Source: Octopus sinensis
Lineage: Eukaryota
Length of the DNA stretch: 64,000 nt
Direction: 5' to 3'
Assembly (NCBI RefSeq): GCF_006345805.1
Contig: NW_021834487.1
Location: forward strand, 186,001 to 250,000
The notes below the pieces were generated by a model that saw only the letters and a list, made by a program, of their open reading frames with translations, was not told the DNA's origin and did no database searches. Both the position numbers and the translations under genes were made by a program. Position 1 is the stretch's first letter, and each line of letters begins with the position of its first letter. Of this stretch, positions 1-13,348 are shown one piece after another.

Positions 1-380
1 TGTTGTCGTAGTAGTAGTAGTAGTAATAGAGTAGTCGACTCGTTGTCGTCGTAGTCATTGTTGTTAAACCTCGGCTTTTTCCTGATCATGTAAACCTTTA
101 ATCAAAGTCATTGCAGCTGTGACTATCCCGGTTTTGTTTAGTGTTGTCTTGTTGAATTTATTTCTTTTTACATCCTATATCTTGAACTACATTTATCAAT
201 AGGTCGTTCCTTTTTCAAGACGGCAGAAAGGTTCGGCGACTGCATAGAGAGTCATTAGTTGACTCGTTGCCGATGTTGTTGATGCTTGTTTTTGTTGAAG
301 ACTCCAAGTCGACTGTGATAGAGCAAACCTCTGATGAGTCATAATCTACCTATGACACTTTCTATTTTTTTTCTTTTGAA

Positions 381-750
381 TTGTTTCAGTCATTTAACTG
401 CGGCCATGCTGGAGCACCGCCTTTAAGTCGACCAAATCTACCCCAGCACTTATTCTTTGTAAGCCTAGTACTTATTCTATCGGTCTCTTTTTGCCGAACC
501 GCTAAGTTACGGGGACGTAAACACACCACCATCGATTGTCAAGCGATGTTGGGGGTCAAGCACAGACACACAAACATAGGCACACACATACATATACATA
601 TATATACACATCGACCAAATCCACTCACAAGGCTTTGGTCGGCCCGAGGCTATAGCAGAAGACATTTGCCCAAGGTGCCACGCAGTAGGAATGAACCCGG
701 AACCATGCAGTTGGTAAGCTAGCTACTTACCACACAGCCACTCCGGCGCC
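381..750 (-). mobile_element. SINE family A (tRNA head + CORE-like CCTTGGGCAAG segment + internal microsatellite), near full length
   Basis: Minus strand reads GGCGCCGGAGTGGCTGTGTGGTAAGTAG...GGTTCATTCC...CCTTGGGCAAATGTC...GACTGAAACAA. Matches about 20 other copies in the window. Resembles the tRNA-derived octopus SINEs (OR/OK type); exact family not assignable by eye. Confidence 0.9.
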
Positions 751-1129
751 AATATATTCGATTATTTTTCAAACTGCATTCCGGAATACATTATCAAATA
801 CGTGTTCTTTTTTAAAAGCTGCAACGGTGTGTTTAGAAGTAAATCTGACGGATATTTGTTTCACCTAAATACGGATTGCAAAGTGGCTGCGATAGTAATG
901 TTGTTTGTCCCTAGGTCACAAAAATGTATGATCGATGGTCTGTTGTCTTAATTTGTTTTGTCAGATCTATTGCATCTACGACCGTGTAATAAAATGTGTT
1001 CGTCATATATTTGGATTGTAACGAGAATTTGGAAAGGTAATTGGTTGCTTTTCTACCATGTAGAAAATCCCTCGTTAGCTTTACCTGTTGATTAGTCTTT
1101 CAGTGGTTAATTATAATTTACTGATTCAC

Positions 1130-1355
1130 AAGTCAAAGAGCTATCCTGCATGGCCGCAATCAAAAGACTGAAACAAGTAGAATAAATAAATATATATATA
1201 TTCTTGAAAACAGGCGCTGATGTGATGTGTGCTAAGTGTTCAGTCCCACTGCGTGGCACCTTGGGCAACAATCTTCTACTATACCCTCCGGCCGACCACA
1301 ATCTTGTGAGTGGATTTGGTAGATGGAAGCTGAAAGAAGCCCGCTGTATATACAT
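1130..1355 (+). mobile_element. SINE family A fragments (tail 1130-1195, head half 1212-1355)
   Basis: GCATGGCCGCAATCAAAAGACTGAAACAAG tail. Head has GTTCAGTCCCACTGCGTGGCACCTTGGGCAA and ends in a microsatellite. Confidence 0.8.
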
Positions 1356-1378
1356 ATATAATATATATATATATATAT

Positions 1379-1443
<65 letters not shown>

Positions 1444-1530
1444 CAGATACATACATACATGCACACGTACACACACACACGCACACACACACACACACAC
1501 GCACACACACACACACACGCACACATATAT
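1345..1530. repeat. Compound microsatellite (TA)n-(TAGA)n-(CA)n
   Basis: Direct reading. Confidence 0.95.
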
Positions 1531-2261
1531 ACACAGGCATAACTCGGGTTAAGTCGTTTCGATTTAAGTTGTTCTCAATTGTACGTCGGCTTCTTAAAAA
1601 ATATTATATGGAAAAATAAAAATCAAGTTAAGTCATTTTACTCGACTTTACGTCTGTTCGCCACAAATATTGGAATCGTAAAATCATTAGAAAAACGTGA
1701 GAAGCACATGAAATCATGTTACTGTACAATAAATAAGAATAAAAGCATATAAAATCATAATAAAAAAAGCGTACAATAGATGTTAAGATAATCACCATAA
1801 AGTAGTGTAGCTTAGTGAACGAAATCATGAAATCCCGAAAACATCGAATTGTATGTGCGTATTGGTAAATTTAAAATAATTTATTTATTTTATTTATTTA
1901 TTTAATTATTTTTGCTATTGCGAAATAATAATAATTACTGAATTTGTTTATTAAGCTTAAAAAAGTCTTTTATTTTACCATGTCTTATTGCATAAATAAA
2001 GCGTACGCGGTGTGCGGTAAACACCGCCAAATTGTATTCGTAAACTTATATTACTTCTTTTTTTTTTTTTTACTGTACTGTATTAGATATAAATGTCTGT
2101 TTCTAAGCTTAAAATATGTTTCTATTAGCCACGTGTTATTGAAAATGCATTCATAAATAAAGTACAGAAATGGGAATGGTTATTATCGGTTTAGCCTAGA
2201 GACAAGTAAATTTGGCTTTGCCTAGCCTCGAGACATGATAATTCGACTTAAGTCGCTTTTC

Positions 2262-2385
2262 GTACAAGGTTTACGAAAAATAAGCCCTGGGGTCGATTTC
2301 TCCGACTAAAGCCCGTTAAGGTGGTGCTCCAACATGGTCGCTGTCAAATGACAGAAACGAGTAAAAGGATGAAAGAATAAAAGAA
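2262..2385 (+). mobile_element. SINE family A 3' tail fragment
   Basis: CCTGGGGTCGATTTCTCCGACTAAAG...GGTGCTCCAACATGG...GTCAAATGACAGAAAC. Confidence 0.75.
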
Positions 2386-2476
2386 TATTATATCTGTGTG
2401 TGTGTGTGTGTGTGTGTATGCGTATTCTTTTAATCATTTACATATTTTATCCCTATGGCTGCTGTGGTCATGCTGG

Positions 2477-2510
<34 letters not shown>

Positions 2511-2511
2511 A

Positions 2512-2552
<41 letters not shown>

Positions 2553-2649
2553 TTCAGATCTGCACTCATATCAGAACACTGACGCGTCCATCATTGAGCC
2601 GATGCATATCAAATTGCATTTGATGACGATGACTTCGACGACGCCGACG

Positions 2650-3005
2650 ATGATGAGAGAGAGAGAGGGAGAGGTTTAGAGAAAAATAGAAGGATTCGGA
2701 ATGAGAAGCAACGGAGAAGGGTAGAAGAGAGGCAAAGAACCCAGGGGAAGAAATGAAGAGACGGAATAGGTGAGAAGGAATAGGAGAAAGGTAAGAGGGA
2801 TTGCAGCATAAGGATACAGGAAGTAGCAATACGGAAAAGGAGGAGAAGGAGGAGAAGGAAGAGTATGTTCAAGGATAAAGGACGAAGAAGAGCAGGAGGA
2901 GGAGGAAGGGAAACAAGGAGGGAATGGAGAAGGAGGAAGAGGAGGAAGAGGAGGAAGATGATAGAGAATCGTTTGAGCGGAAGGTGTTGGGAGAAGAGGA
3001 AGGAA
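2650..3005. repeat. Polypurine (GA/GGA-rich) low-complexity tract
   Basis: About 350 bp strongly dominated by A and G on the + strand. Confidence 0.8.
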
Positions 3006-3094
3006 ACTTAATTAACTTTGATTATTTCCACACCATTAAGACTAGGTTATCAGTAAGCTTAATCAGGACTCCTTAATCAATATGGTGTCGTAGT

Positions 3095-3365
3095 AACTGT
3101 TGTTGTTGTTGCTGTTGCGGTGGTGGTGGTGGTGGTGGTGGTGTGGTGTGGTGGTGGTGGTGGTGGTGGTTGTGATGGTGGCGGTGGTGGTTGTTGTCGT
3201 TGCGTACATGCTAATGTTCGTGTTGGTGGCTGTTGTGCTTGTTGGCCACAACAGCTACAGTGGCCGTGTGATCTGCTCCTGTTTTTGTTGTTGTTGTTGA
3301 CGGTGACGATGACGATCATGACGATGTTGATGTTGATGATGGTAGTGGTTGTGGTGGTGGTGGTG
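3095..3365. repeat. (GTT)n/(GGT)n/(GAT)n trinucleotide tract
   Basis: Direct reading; source of the poly-V/poly-H/poly-T pseudo-ORFs. Confidence 0.9.
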
Positions 3366-3912
3366 AGGGTAATGAAGATCACTGCGATAATACAAACGGT
3401 TTTACCCTGTGATTAGTCACGCTACGTTAGTTATGCATGCGCATGTATATATGTATGTATGCATAAATGTTTGCACGTAGTAGTGTATGTACGCATGCAT
3501 ATATATATACATACATACATATATATATACATATACGTATATAAATATCTGTATACAAGAATCTATTCATATATACATACATACATATGTTGGCATATTA
3601 GCCGGTATGTGTAAGTACAAACTCACAGAGAACAACATTGATATTCAGATGCATACACACACTCAAACACAAAATCATATCAAACGTATTGCTTTCACGG
3701 ACATGTATCACGAATGCAGAGATTGCGCATAGGTACACGAATGACTGTATGACTTAGAAGCGTGCCTGGCAATCACACTGTCTTGTATTCGGTTTGACAG
3801 CGTGGCATTTCGACAAATGTCCTGTACTGTATAACTTTGGGCCGATCACTATATATATATATATATAAATAATAAATATTAGGGAATAATTTGAAACTGA
3901 CTTATTGGAAGT

Positions 3913-3955
3913 CCACCTGAAGATTGTCGATCAAGACAAGAAACAATTGTAGTGG
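3913..3955 (+). ncRNA. Minimal type I hammerhead ribozyme (Penelope-like element terminus)
   Basis: ccac-CTGAAGA-ttgtc(gatcaa)gacaa-GAAAC-aatt-GTA-gtgg. Stem I ccac/gtgg, 5-bp stem II, palindromic stem III ACAATTGT, GUA cleavage triplet. Confidence 0.8.
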
Positions 3956-4066
3956 CGGTTTTTTTGACTATTTATTAAAATTTTATGTATTGATTAAGTC
4001 TTTCTTGTTTGTTTTGCAAAATAGTGGTTTTGTCTCTAATAATATTTTATAGTATATATATAATAT

Positions 4067-4109
<43 letters not shown>

Positions 4110-4116
4110 GATATAT

Positions 4117-4153
<37 letters not shown>

Positions 4154-4464
4154 TCCGCGGTGAATTTGAAAAATTATAACATATAATGATGAGACACATG
4201 TTATTTGTCTCTAAATTATATGTTAATGTTATGGCGTGGTTACTGATGATAATTTCGCCTAGCAAATTATTTTATTTGCAAAAAAAATTCGAAACCTAGG
4301 TATAACCGTAAATGAAATAACAAGGTAAAAGTTTTTATTATTCATTCCCTTCGAAATTGCTCTTAAATATGGTTTTGGTCGTTTTGACTGCTTCTTCTAG
4401 CGCGTAAAATTACCTATTAAAGGTAGTTTTCTCTTGTGTTTAAATGTACACCGTTTTATATTGA

Positions 4465-4516
<52 letters not shown>

Positions 4517-4858
4517 ATGTGTGTGTGTGTGTATGTGTGTGTGTGTGTGTGTGTAGTAAAGAATTAATTAGAGAGAGACAAATTTCAAAGTCGATAATAC
4601 TAATACTCTTTATCAAAGCTATCATATATTCAAACACGGAGGGCATATATAAGTCATTATAAATATGCGAACATATAACATATAAAGTATATATATATAT
4701 ATATACATATTATAGTGTAATTCGGTGCCCAAATCAAAGTCAGATCGAGAAATTACATAAAGACATACAAGCAAATAAAAAGTCACAAGTAGATGAGATG
4801 ACAGATCACAACATTCCAAAAGGTAGTCCTCAAACGAATCCAATAAGTACGAAAGAAA

Positions 4859-4944
4859 TCTTACGGCTGTTTCCGGGAATGTACGAAGAAGTGTGTAGCT
4901 AAAACCTTTTCATCTTCAGTAATCCATATTTCCTTCATCAGAGA
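4859..4944 (-). ncRNA. Type I hammerhead ribozyme with a large loop II (Penelope-like element terminus)
   Basis: Minus strand: tct-CTGATGA-aggaaat...attcccg-GAAAC-agcc-GTA-aga. Core intact; stem II and the stem III palindrome each carry mismatches. Confidence 0.6.
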
Positions 4945-5062
4945 ATACACACGGATTCAAAACTTTAAATGAAATCTCAAAATTATTCATGTTATTGTAA
5001 AAATATGTTTAAGCAGCTGTTGTAATTTTATACAAATAAATATGTGTGTGTGTGTGTGTTCA

Positions 5063-5097
<35 letters not shown>

Positions 5098-5117
5098 CTG
5101 TGTGTATGTGTGTGTGT

Positions 5118-5355
5118 GTAATTATTAATAATTAATGAAGGGTATTAGAGATAGCATCACAATGCTAAAATAGCAGTTAAAAACTACTTAATAAAAATTA
5201 TAAAAAATATTGTGATATTGTTTACAATAACATCAGTGGCTTAGCACGCGTAAAAAAAAACATACAGGTAAATAATTATTAATTAATAGTGCAGGTTTTA
5301 GAGGTAGCACCAGATTGCTAACATAGCAGTCAAAAACGACTTAATGATAAAAATT
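5118..5355. repeat. Degenerate direct repeat, about 80-bp unit, about 155-bp period (related copy near 32790-32860)
   Basis: taattatta...agggtattagagatagcatcacaatgctaaaatagcagttaaaaactacttaat vs taattatta...aggttttagaggtagcaccagattgctaacatagcagtcaaaaacgacttaat. Confidence 0.7.
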
Positions 5356-5532
5356 TCCACTTATACACAAAAGGTGAATTCAGGGTATGAAAAAAATAAC
5401 CCTAAGATCCTATACAAATGATGAAAAATATTGCAAATTGAAAAGCTGGTGCTATTTCTACTCACCTTTTTTCATAATTTTATTCACTTCGATGACCTTT
5501 TATAAAAATACCCTTATTATTATTTACAGGAA

Positions 5533-5533
<1 letters not shown>

Positions 5534-5620
<87 letters not shown>

Positions 5621-5647
5621 AGATAGATAGATAGATAGATAGATAGG

Positions 5648-5740
<93 letters not shown>
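5534..5740. repeat. Compound microsatellite (CA)n-(TA)n-(TAGA)n
   Basis: Direct reading. Confidence 0.95.
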
Positions 5741-5821
5741 TCAGGTGAATATGGTACTTAAGTTGAGACACCAGAATTTAGTACGGTATTATCCATACAC
5801 TTTCAAAGTAAGGCGATTAAA

Positions 5822-6302
5822 ATCAAAATAAGCAACAAGGATATCCAGAGGTAATGCAGTACGATTGTTTCCTGAACAATGCAATCATTACATCAATTTA
5901 AAATGCATAAAGATGCATAAAGACATAAATTTAATTGAATCAGAAGAGATGGACACATTAGTATAATTATACCTAAACCCTCCAAGGAGTTAAGGAGATA
6001 GATAAAGAACTGACCCCATACAAATAAAAAATCAGTGGCAGGCAGAGTCTTCTTGATAATTTTAGTAACTTCTCTGCTGAAGTAGAGACATGTTCTTTAT
6101 CTCCTTAACGTTTTGGGGATTTTAGGTATAAATATACTGATGTGTCCATCTGTTCTAATTTAATTAAATTCTATGTCCTTGCGCAGCTGAAGATTGCTCT
6201 ACATGTTTTAATTGATGTAATGATTGCATTCTTCAATTAAATAGTGTTGCATGAAACGATCGTACAGCATTATCTTTGAATATCCTTGTTGCTTATTTTG
6301 AT
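5822..6302. mobile_element. Fold-back/MITE-like element with long imperfect inverted arms
   Basis: Arm 5822-6010 (atcaaaataagcaacaaggatatcc...gataaagaac) is the reverse complement, with indels, of 6092-6302 (gttctttatctcc...atatccttgttgcttattttgat). Spacer about 80 bp. Confidence 0.8.
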
Positions 6303-6316
6303 ACGTATATATATAT

Positions 6317-6387
<71 letters not shown>

Positions 6388-6729
6388 AGATCCAAGGACA
6401 GAGGTGTAGGAAGATAGTTAGCTTCAAACAATCAGTAGTAAATATAAAAAACAGTTTTCAGGAACTTTAGTGCTTTATTGAGGCAGAATATAGTGAAATT
6501 TTTTGCATCGGATTCTTTTTTTTTTTTTTTGCAGGGTTATTTTAATATTTCACGGTAAGCGACCAAGATTGCCGGGTATGCGAATGAGAATACAAGAGTT
6601 AAGGAATGCAGTAGATAAAATCCGGGCTGCATATGTTTCATAGCGAGCGGAGCTTCGGAAGTTGTAAGTATCCAAGCGTAGAATATACCGCAGGCTACTC
6701 ATTAGGCTAAATATATCTTGATTCGTGTG

Positions 6730-6768
<39 letters not shown>

Positions 6769-7214
6769 CTGTGTGCATGTGTTTGTGTGTGTGAGTGTGC
6801 ACACATATCATTTTGAGTCAATAGATATTCTTTTCGTATTTCAGTCTTTAATAGTTCAAAAATTACGTATGTAAGGTGTTTATTCGACAAGATATATATC
6901 CTATCGTATTCTATCATCTGTTGCCATGGTTGTGTCAGAAACTCAGTTCCATGCATATCTTATTTGACTGGTTTAGAGGCAGAAAGTTCTCTGCACCCGT
7001 TTTCAACATCAGTCATATTGTTGAACCTCCGTCCCTGCAGGAAATGAGCCGAGACTCGGAAAAGGTGATAGTCTGATGATACAAGGTCTACTCTCTAAGG
7101 AGGCTGAAGCAGCACCTCCGCTACATTAACCCCTCAGGTTTGCCCTCAGTCACACTGGCTGTTGTGCTGCTGCTGTAGGACCACGTGTCTTTGATTATAC
7201 AATGCTGGGTGTAG

Positions 7215-7800
7215 TTCTTGAAAATAAAGCGCAACACCCCCTTGAAATTTCACCAAACACACAACATAAACTTTTGTTCAAACCGACGTTGTTTGAAAAC
7301 AGGTTCTGAAGCTTGGCTGGAACGAAACCACTAATTCCTCTTATTATGATTACGAAAATAGATCTATTTTTCATCCCTAGTTACAAGTCGACGCCAAAAA
7401 ACGGACATTACGAATATTTTCCATCAAATGCTCTCACGTCGTTCATCTTGGTCATTGGTCACTTCATGGAGGGCTTCTTGAAAGCGTCTATTTACGAGGC
7501 CAAGTTTATAGGGGTGTCGATCGATGGTGCTTTGTGAAGAACCATGTACTTGTCCTTAGCTATTCAACCATTTCAAGCAAGACCTCATCTTGCACAAAAT
7601 TAGGTCTTCCTGATCGTGGTCTGTCGCCTTCCCTGAAACGTCTGAACCAGTTTTGCATCATACGTTCGGTGAAATGTCTTGGGCCCTCCACATTATAAAC
7701 TAATGCCGCTGCCCTTGTGCTCGGTCTTGCACTTAGTGCACTCTACAGGTAGCGCAAAATAGCAATTTTCTTTTTACGATTCATTATCATAGAAAAACTA
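7215..7800 (-). mobile_element. Decayed mariner transposase, N-terminal half
   Basis: Minus-strand translations ERMMQNWFRRFREGD, RPRSGRP (HTH region), RLVTRDEK*IYF (TGDEKW motif) and KFMLCVW*NFKGV, with several stops and deletions. Confidence 0.8.
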
Positions 7801-7919
7801 TATCAAAATAACAATATAACATGAAGATAAAAGTTGCCAGAGTTCATCAAGGAAAATCCCCTCAAAAGCTTTTGACTAAAACTTGTACACATATACACAC
7901 ACAAACACACATATCTACT

Positions 7920-7948
7920 CACACACACACATACACACACACACTCAC

Positions 7949-7979
<31 letters not shown>

Positions 7980-8025
7980 AATACATACACACATATATGT
8001 GTATGTATATGCGAGTGTGTGTAGT

Positions 8026-8085
<60 letters not shown>

Positions 8086-8215
8086 GATAGATACATACAT
8101 ACATACATACATACATACATACATACATACATACATACATACATACATACATACATACATACATACATACATACATACATACATACATACATACATACAT
8201 ACACAGATACATACA
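7920..8215. repeat. Compound microsatellite (CA)n/(TA)n/(TAGA)n/(CATA)n
   Basis: Direct reading. Confidence 0.95.
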
Positions 8216-10187
8216 CAGATCGCCACAGTTCATAAATACGTACATGCAAATAGATCAACGTGTGTTTTACCGAAAACGTTATATGAGTGGACATTATTTT
8301 TCTATTAACTGAAAAACAATGTTCTTAAGTACCTTCCTCCAGATTTGCAAGGAATCCATACGGGAAAGATTGGTCATACTTATAGAAATACAAACAGTAG
8401 TAGGACTTCTTATAATGCTTTCATTCAACATCCAATGAATAGAAAATACACGACGCGTTAACACAGTGGAAAGACATCAATCCGCTACAGGTGAATTCTT
8501 GAATATAGTCTTATAAATAACTTTGCTCCCACTCACACACACACGCACACATGCAAGTGTTGTTGGCACTAAGTCCATAAGACACTAAACAACGTAGGAA
8601 ACGAGATATATAAAATGGACGATAAAAGGTGATTTCTAAAACCTGTGCAAAGCATAATTGAAAAAAGGATAACCATTCTTATACTCTTAGAAAGCCACAG
8701 AATGGTATATTTTTTTAATCAGGCTAACATCAGGAAAACCAAGCTTAGTAACGTAACGAGGTAAAATGTTCCTTATAAAAGGAACGTCACTAGAATATCT
8801 CTGAACTCTTATTAAATATTCTAAACTAAAACTTCCCTTTTAACTACAAAAAAGCCAAAGCATCTCCAAGAGATACAGAGTAACATAGGCATAGGCGAAC
8901 AACCATAAATCGAGTAGATAACATCGACAATTCATATCTATCAAAAGCTTGCAAATACTTCAAACAAAATCCCTGTCTCACTACCTCTCTCTATTTCTTA
9001 CGCTCTCTTTCTCATATAGGTAATACCTCAAATTTTAATCCACAAGGAAATCTTCATATTGAAACAATGGTAGAATATTTTATAGTTTCAACAGAGACGA
9101 TAAACATCCGACATCGATAGAATAATAATGAAGCAAATAATTCGAAAGAGAGCATCACTACCCTAGCTACTCTGTCAACTACGAAGCCGCTGACTCGAAC
9201 TGCAATATTTTTTTAAAATCACACTACTATGAGGGACAAAACCATATCTTCGCACACTGATAAATTTAAATTTAGAAAAACAGTTGTGTGAAGTCTTAAC
9301 TAACGCCCTAATACTAAAATATACTAGCTTATACTTGCTTATAAAAACAGTAACATGAAAGAACAAAACAATATAATTATTAATAAGAAATATTCTATAA
9401 TAAAACTTCTTAAGTTCTCAAGCATAATTGTAGACAAGCCTCTGACAGTACTTCGAAGGTAAGCGCCTATTATGCGATGTATTAACGTTAACTAACATTA
9501 GCTCTTGTTTTAAGAAACTTTATAGATATACTTTAATAACAGAAAATGATGAATGATAACTTCTCTAATACAATAGAAAGAAGGACTAGGATTTGCGCAA
9601 AAGGGAATTCAAAACACACCGAGCAGATGAGATTTCTTAAACGAAAAAGTGAATCTGTGATTCTGTAAAAGCTAAAGTTTTAAATCTTTCCTCGCAACAA
9701 GTCCAAGTCAACAGATATTAAGATCGCAACTTTGGTCTTAATTAGAATTATCAAACAAAACAGACGCGTATGCTATATTAACGTCTCAATTATCGGATCG
9801 TAAATAATTATATAAAATAATTGTGACCATTTGATGCAAGCATATACAGGGTTATTTTGTCCTTTAGGTTGAATAATCAGACACCATACAGGTGTCTCAA
9901 GAATATACACGGATACATGAAAAGCTGAACAATGGCTAGATGGATTTAAGTTGTATATATGCATCTTTGTACGCATGTATACATGTACTTATCCGTTAAT
10001 GTAATTTTCGAAAGGATTCTATTATGTATATTACATTCACATAATCCTCTTTAGGACGAGGTATATAAATATGTTTATCTATGTATATGTATACATATGA
10101 AAGTGTGTATGTATATATATTTATGAGTAAATATATATATATATGAATATATGTCTAAGTATGTTTAAATGTATTACAGGCGCGTGG

Positions 10188-10360
10188 TTTTAGAGGTTAG
10201 AGTGTTGCACAAATGATCGCAAGATTCTGTTCTCGATTCCCGGACAGAGTGATGTGTTGTATACTTGAGCAAAACACTTCATTTTACAATGACTATGGAA
10301 CCTGATGCGGCCCCTGACCCTGACAGGTCATATCAAACCGTCCAACCCATGCCAGCATAA
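10188..10360 (+). mobile_element. Decayed CORE-type SINE with RTE-like tail
   Basis: tRNA-like head AGGCGCGTGGTTTTAGAGGTTAG...TCGATTCC, core-like TTGAGCAAAACACTTCATTT, tail AACCGTCCAACCCATGCCAGCAT. Confidence 0.6.
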
Positions 10361-10489
10361 ATATATATATATATAGCACACACATAAGTATCTATTCACA
10401 TACGCATATATATAAACACACACATACATAATACATACGTACATCATATATGTGTGTGTTCTTTTTTTCTTTTTCTTTTTTTAATATTT

Positions 10490-10921
10490 TACAGCCATTT
10501 GACTGTAACCATGCTGGAGCAGCGCCTTTAGTGGAACAAATCGACCCCAGAACTTATTCTTTGTAAGCCTAGTACTTATTCTATAGGTCCCTTTGCCGAA
10601 CCGCTAGGTTATGCGGACGTAAAACACACCAGTATCGGTCGTCAAGCGATGGTGGGGGGACAAAGACAGACGCACAAACATACACACATACATAAACACA
10701 CACACACCACACACATACACACACACACACATATATATATATAGTTTATGATACAAGTTGATACGACGGGCTTCTTTCAGTTTCCGTCAACCAAATCCAC
10801 TTACAAGGGTTTGGTTGGCCCGAGGCTATAGTAGAAGACACTTGCTCAATGGGCCACGGAGTAGGACTGAACCTCGAACCATGTGGTTGGTAAGCAAGCT
10901 ACTTACCACACAGCCACTCCT
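10490..10921 (-). mobile_element. SINE family A, full length
   Basis: Family A consensus end to end, with internal (CA)n/(TA)n. Confidence 0.9.
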
Positions 10922-11966
10922 GGTGTAGATATGCGTATATATGTCGTCATTTAATCCTAAATAATTTCTATATGTCGGCCTAAATGTTAGAGCTCACAAT
11001 TAAAAGTAAATACTAATATATATTAAGCTATATCTCTTGATTATAATTTGTCATAATCATAAAATCGTAGTTTCCCCACATCGTAAATCTATCTCAGTTA
11101 AGACGTGGTGTTTTCTCAATGAAATTCCACGTTGTTTATTACAAGTTCACTACATCTCTTCGGGTCTCTAGTTTATGATACAAGTTGACACTCGTATGTA
11201 ACTAGAAACTCCGAATAGAAAATCTGTCAAAATTTGTATATCTGTTTTAAAGTGTCTTGGTTATTGATTTGCGGTGAATACACACTATTTTGTGTGAAGA
11301 ATTCTACGTGTGTATAGAAGGGGCTTTTGTGAACGTAAGTACATAATTCCTATGTACATACATGTAGATTCATAGATGAATATGTGTGTGTGAATGTGTG
11401 TGTCTGTGAAATTATATACATTCGTGTGTAAATATAAGTGTGTGTGTGTGCATTACGGGTATTTTTATTGGCACTTAAGCTTGCATAGTATGGCAATAAC
11501 TTGCATTGAATAGCTTTCTTTCAACTATATACCAAATCCTTTAGTTTAGTGATGTAAGATAACCACTGTAACACTGTCCAAAGTATTGGATGTCTTGCTT
11601 TGATACACAATCAAAGAATTATTCCTCTATGTTCAATCATTTATAACATATAAATATGATTATACAATATTTCAGTTTCTATCAATATGGTAATACTTGG
11701 GATAAAAATCCCCTTTCTGGGAAGAAAATCAAAGGCTGCTGCTGTTGCTGTTGCCGAATTGATTTTGTAACGTTTTCTTTCCTCTTCAAGTAAGGTTTAG
11801 AAACCCGTATTGTGAAGTGGCCACACTTAACTTGTTAAATGACAGAAAATTTAAAAAAATGTAATGGCGACGTTGCAACGCCTCATATATCTGTTTAACT
11901 AAAATGCCATATGCATGCATACATGCATATATACATACACACACACATATATATAAAATTATATAT

Positions 11967-12388
11967 ACTCTTTTACTTGTTTCAGTCATTTGACTGTGTC
12001 CATGCTGGAGCACCGCCTTTAGTCGAGCATATTGACCCCAGGACTTATTCTTTGTAAGCCTAGTACTGATTCAATAGGTCTATTTTGCCTAACTCCTAAG
12101 TTACGGGGACGTAAACACACCAGCATCGGTTGTGAAGCGATGTTGGGGGGACAAGAACAGACACACAAAAATATACACACACACACATACATACATACAT
12201 ACATATATATTAATATACATGTATAGGATGGGATTCTTTCAGTTTCCGTCTACCAAATCCACTAACAAGGCTTTGGTCGGTCCGAGGCAATAGTAGAAGA
12301 CAATTGACCAAGGTTCACACAGTGGGACTGAACCCGGAACCATGTGGTTGGCAAGCAAACTACTTACCACACATCCACTCCTACTCCT
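11967..12388 (-). mobile_element. SINE family A, full length
   Basis: Family A consensus end to end. Confidence 0.9.
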
Positions 12389-12615
12389 ATTTATATATAT
12401 AAATATAAATATAAATATATATAAATATATATATATATATGTTAAATTAGAGATAAAACCACTATTAGGCAAATCATACAATGAAAAACTTAAGCCAATA
12501 CATAAGATTAATTAATTTATATTATTTTAAATATATATCAAAATTATTAAAAAAAGATATATATATATATATACGTATTACCATATTGATAGAAATCGAA
12601 ATATTCCTTAATTAT

Positions 12616-12790
12616 ATACATGATTGCACAATATCATCACCATCATTTAATGTCCGTTTTCCATGCTGGCACGAGTTGTACGGTTTGACAGGCACCAAAA
12701 ATCGGAGAGCTGCACCAAGCTCTAACCCTCTGTTTGATTTGGCATATGTTCAATAGCTGAATGCCCTTCGTAAAGCCAGCCCTTTCTAGG
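12616..12790 (-). mobile_element. RTE-type 3' tail fragment (SINE or LINE end)
   Basis: (CAT)n-like tail followed by TTTAATGTCCGTTTTCCATGCTGGCACGAGTTGTACGGTTTGAC, the reverse complement of the tail type seen at about 10340. Confidence 0.55.
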
Positions 12791-13348
12791 GATAAAAAAA
12801 AATCTAGGAAGATATGAATATGTGTGTGTGTGTGTGTGTGTAGGTGCATACATGCATGTACAAGCACACGAGTATAAAGATATACAGACACACAAGTATA
12901 TGTGTATTTCCTCACTTGTGCCTTTAGCTTTGCTCACGCTGGAGTACTGCCATGAACACAAACATAACAAACACGCAGGTACATGCATATAGGTGCAAGT
13001 ACGGCTATGTACTTAAGAAATTCAGTTTTACAACGTCTTTTCGAGTTCAGCCCTAATGAAAAGCACCATGGACATGGGTCAAGTAGCATAAAACCTGAGC
13101 CGTCTTGTGTTCTGCGAGTGATTATGATTGGCGGAATCTTTGCCATAGGCCCCTTACTCTCACAAATACATATAAATATATATTCAATCATACTTACAGA
13201 AATATATAATATTTATGCTTCATTGCACTCTATTCAGTACTGCGTAAGCCAGTGAATTTGTTTGTTTTTGGTCACTCTGTATGCTGGAGATAGCGCTAAA
13301 TTGCCACTTTAACTTCAACGTACCGTGTTTAATATTTTGGATAATTGT

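Noticed and set aside
329-360. CTGATGA followed by a GTCATA/TATGAC stem
   Set aside because: No GAAA after stem II and no cleavage triplet, so not a hammerhead
4176-4226. AT-rich hairpin of about 50 nt resembling a pre-miRNA
   Set aside because: Weak, AT-rich pairing with a 3x3 internal loop; no recognised mature sequence
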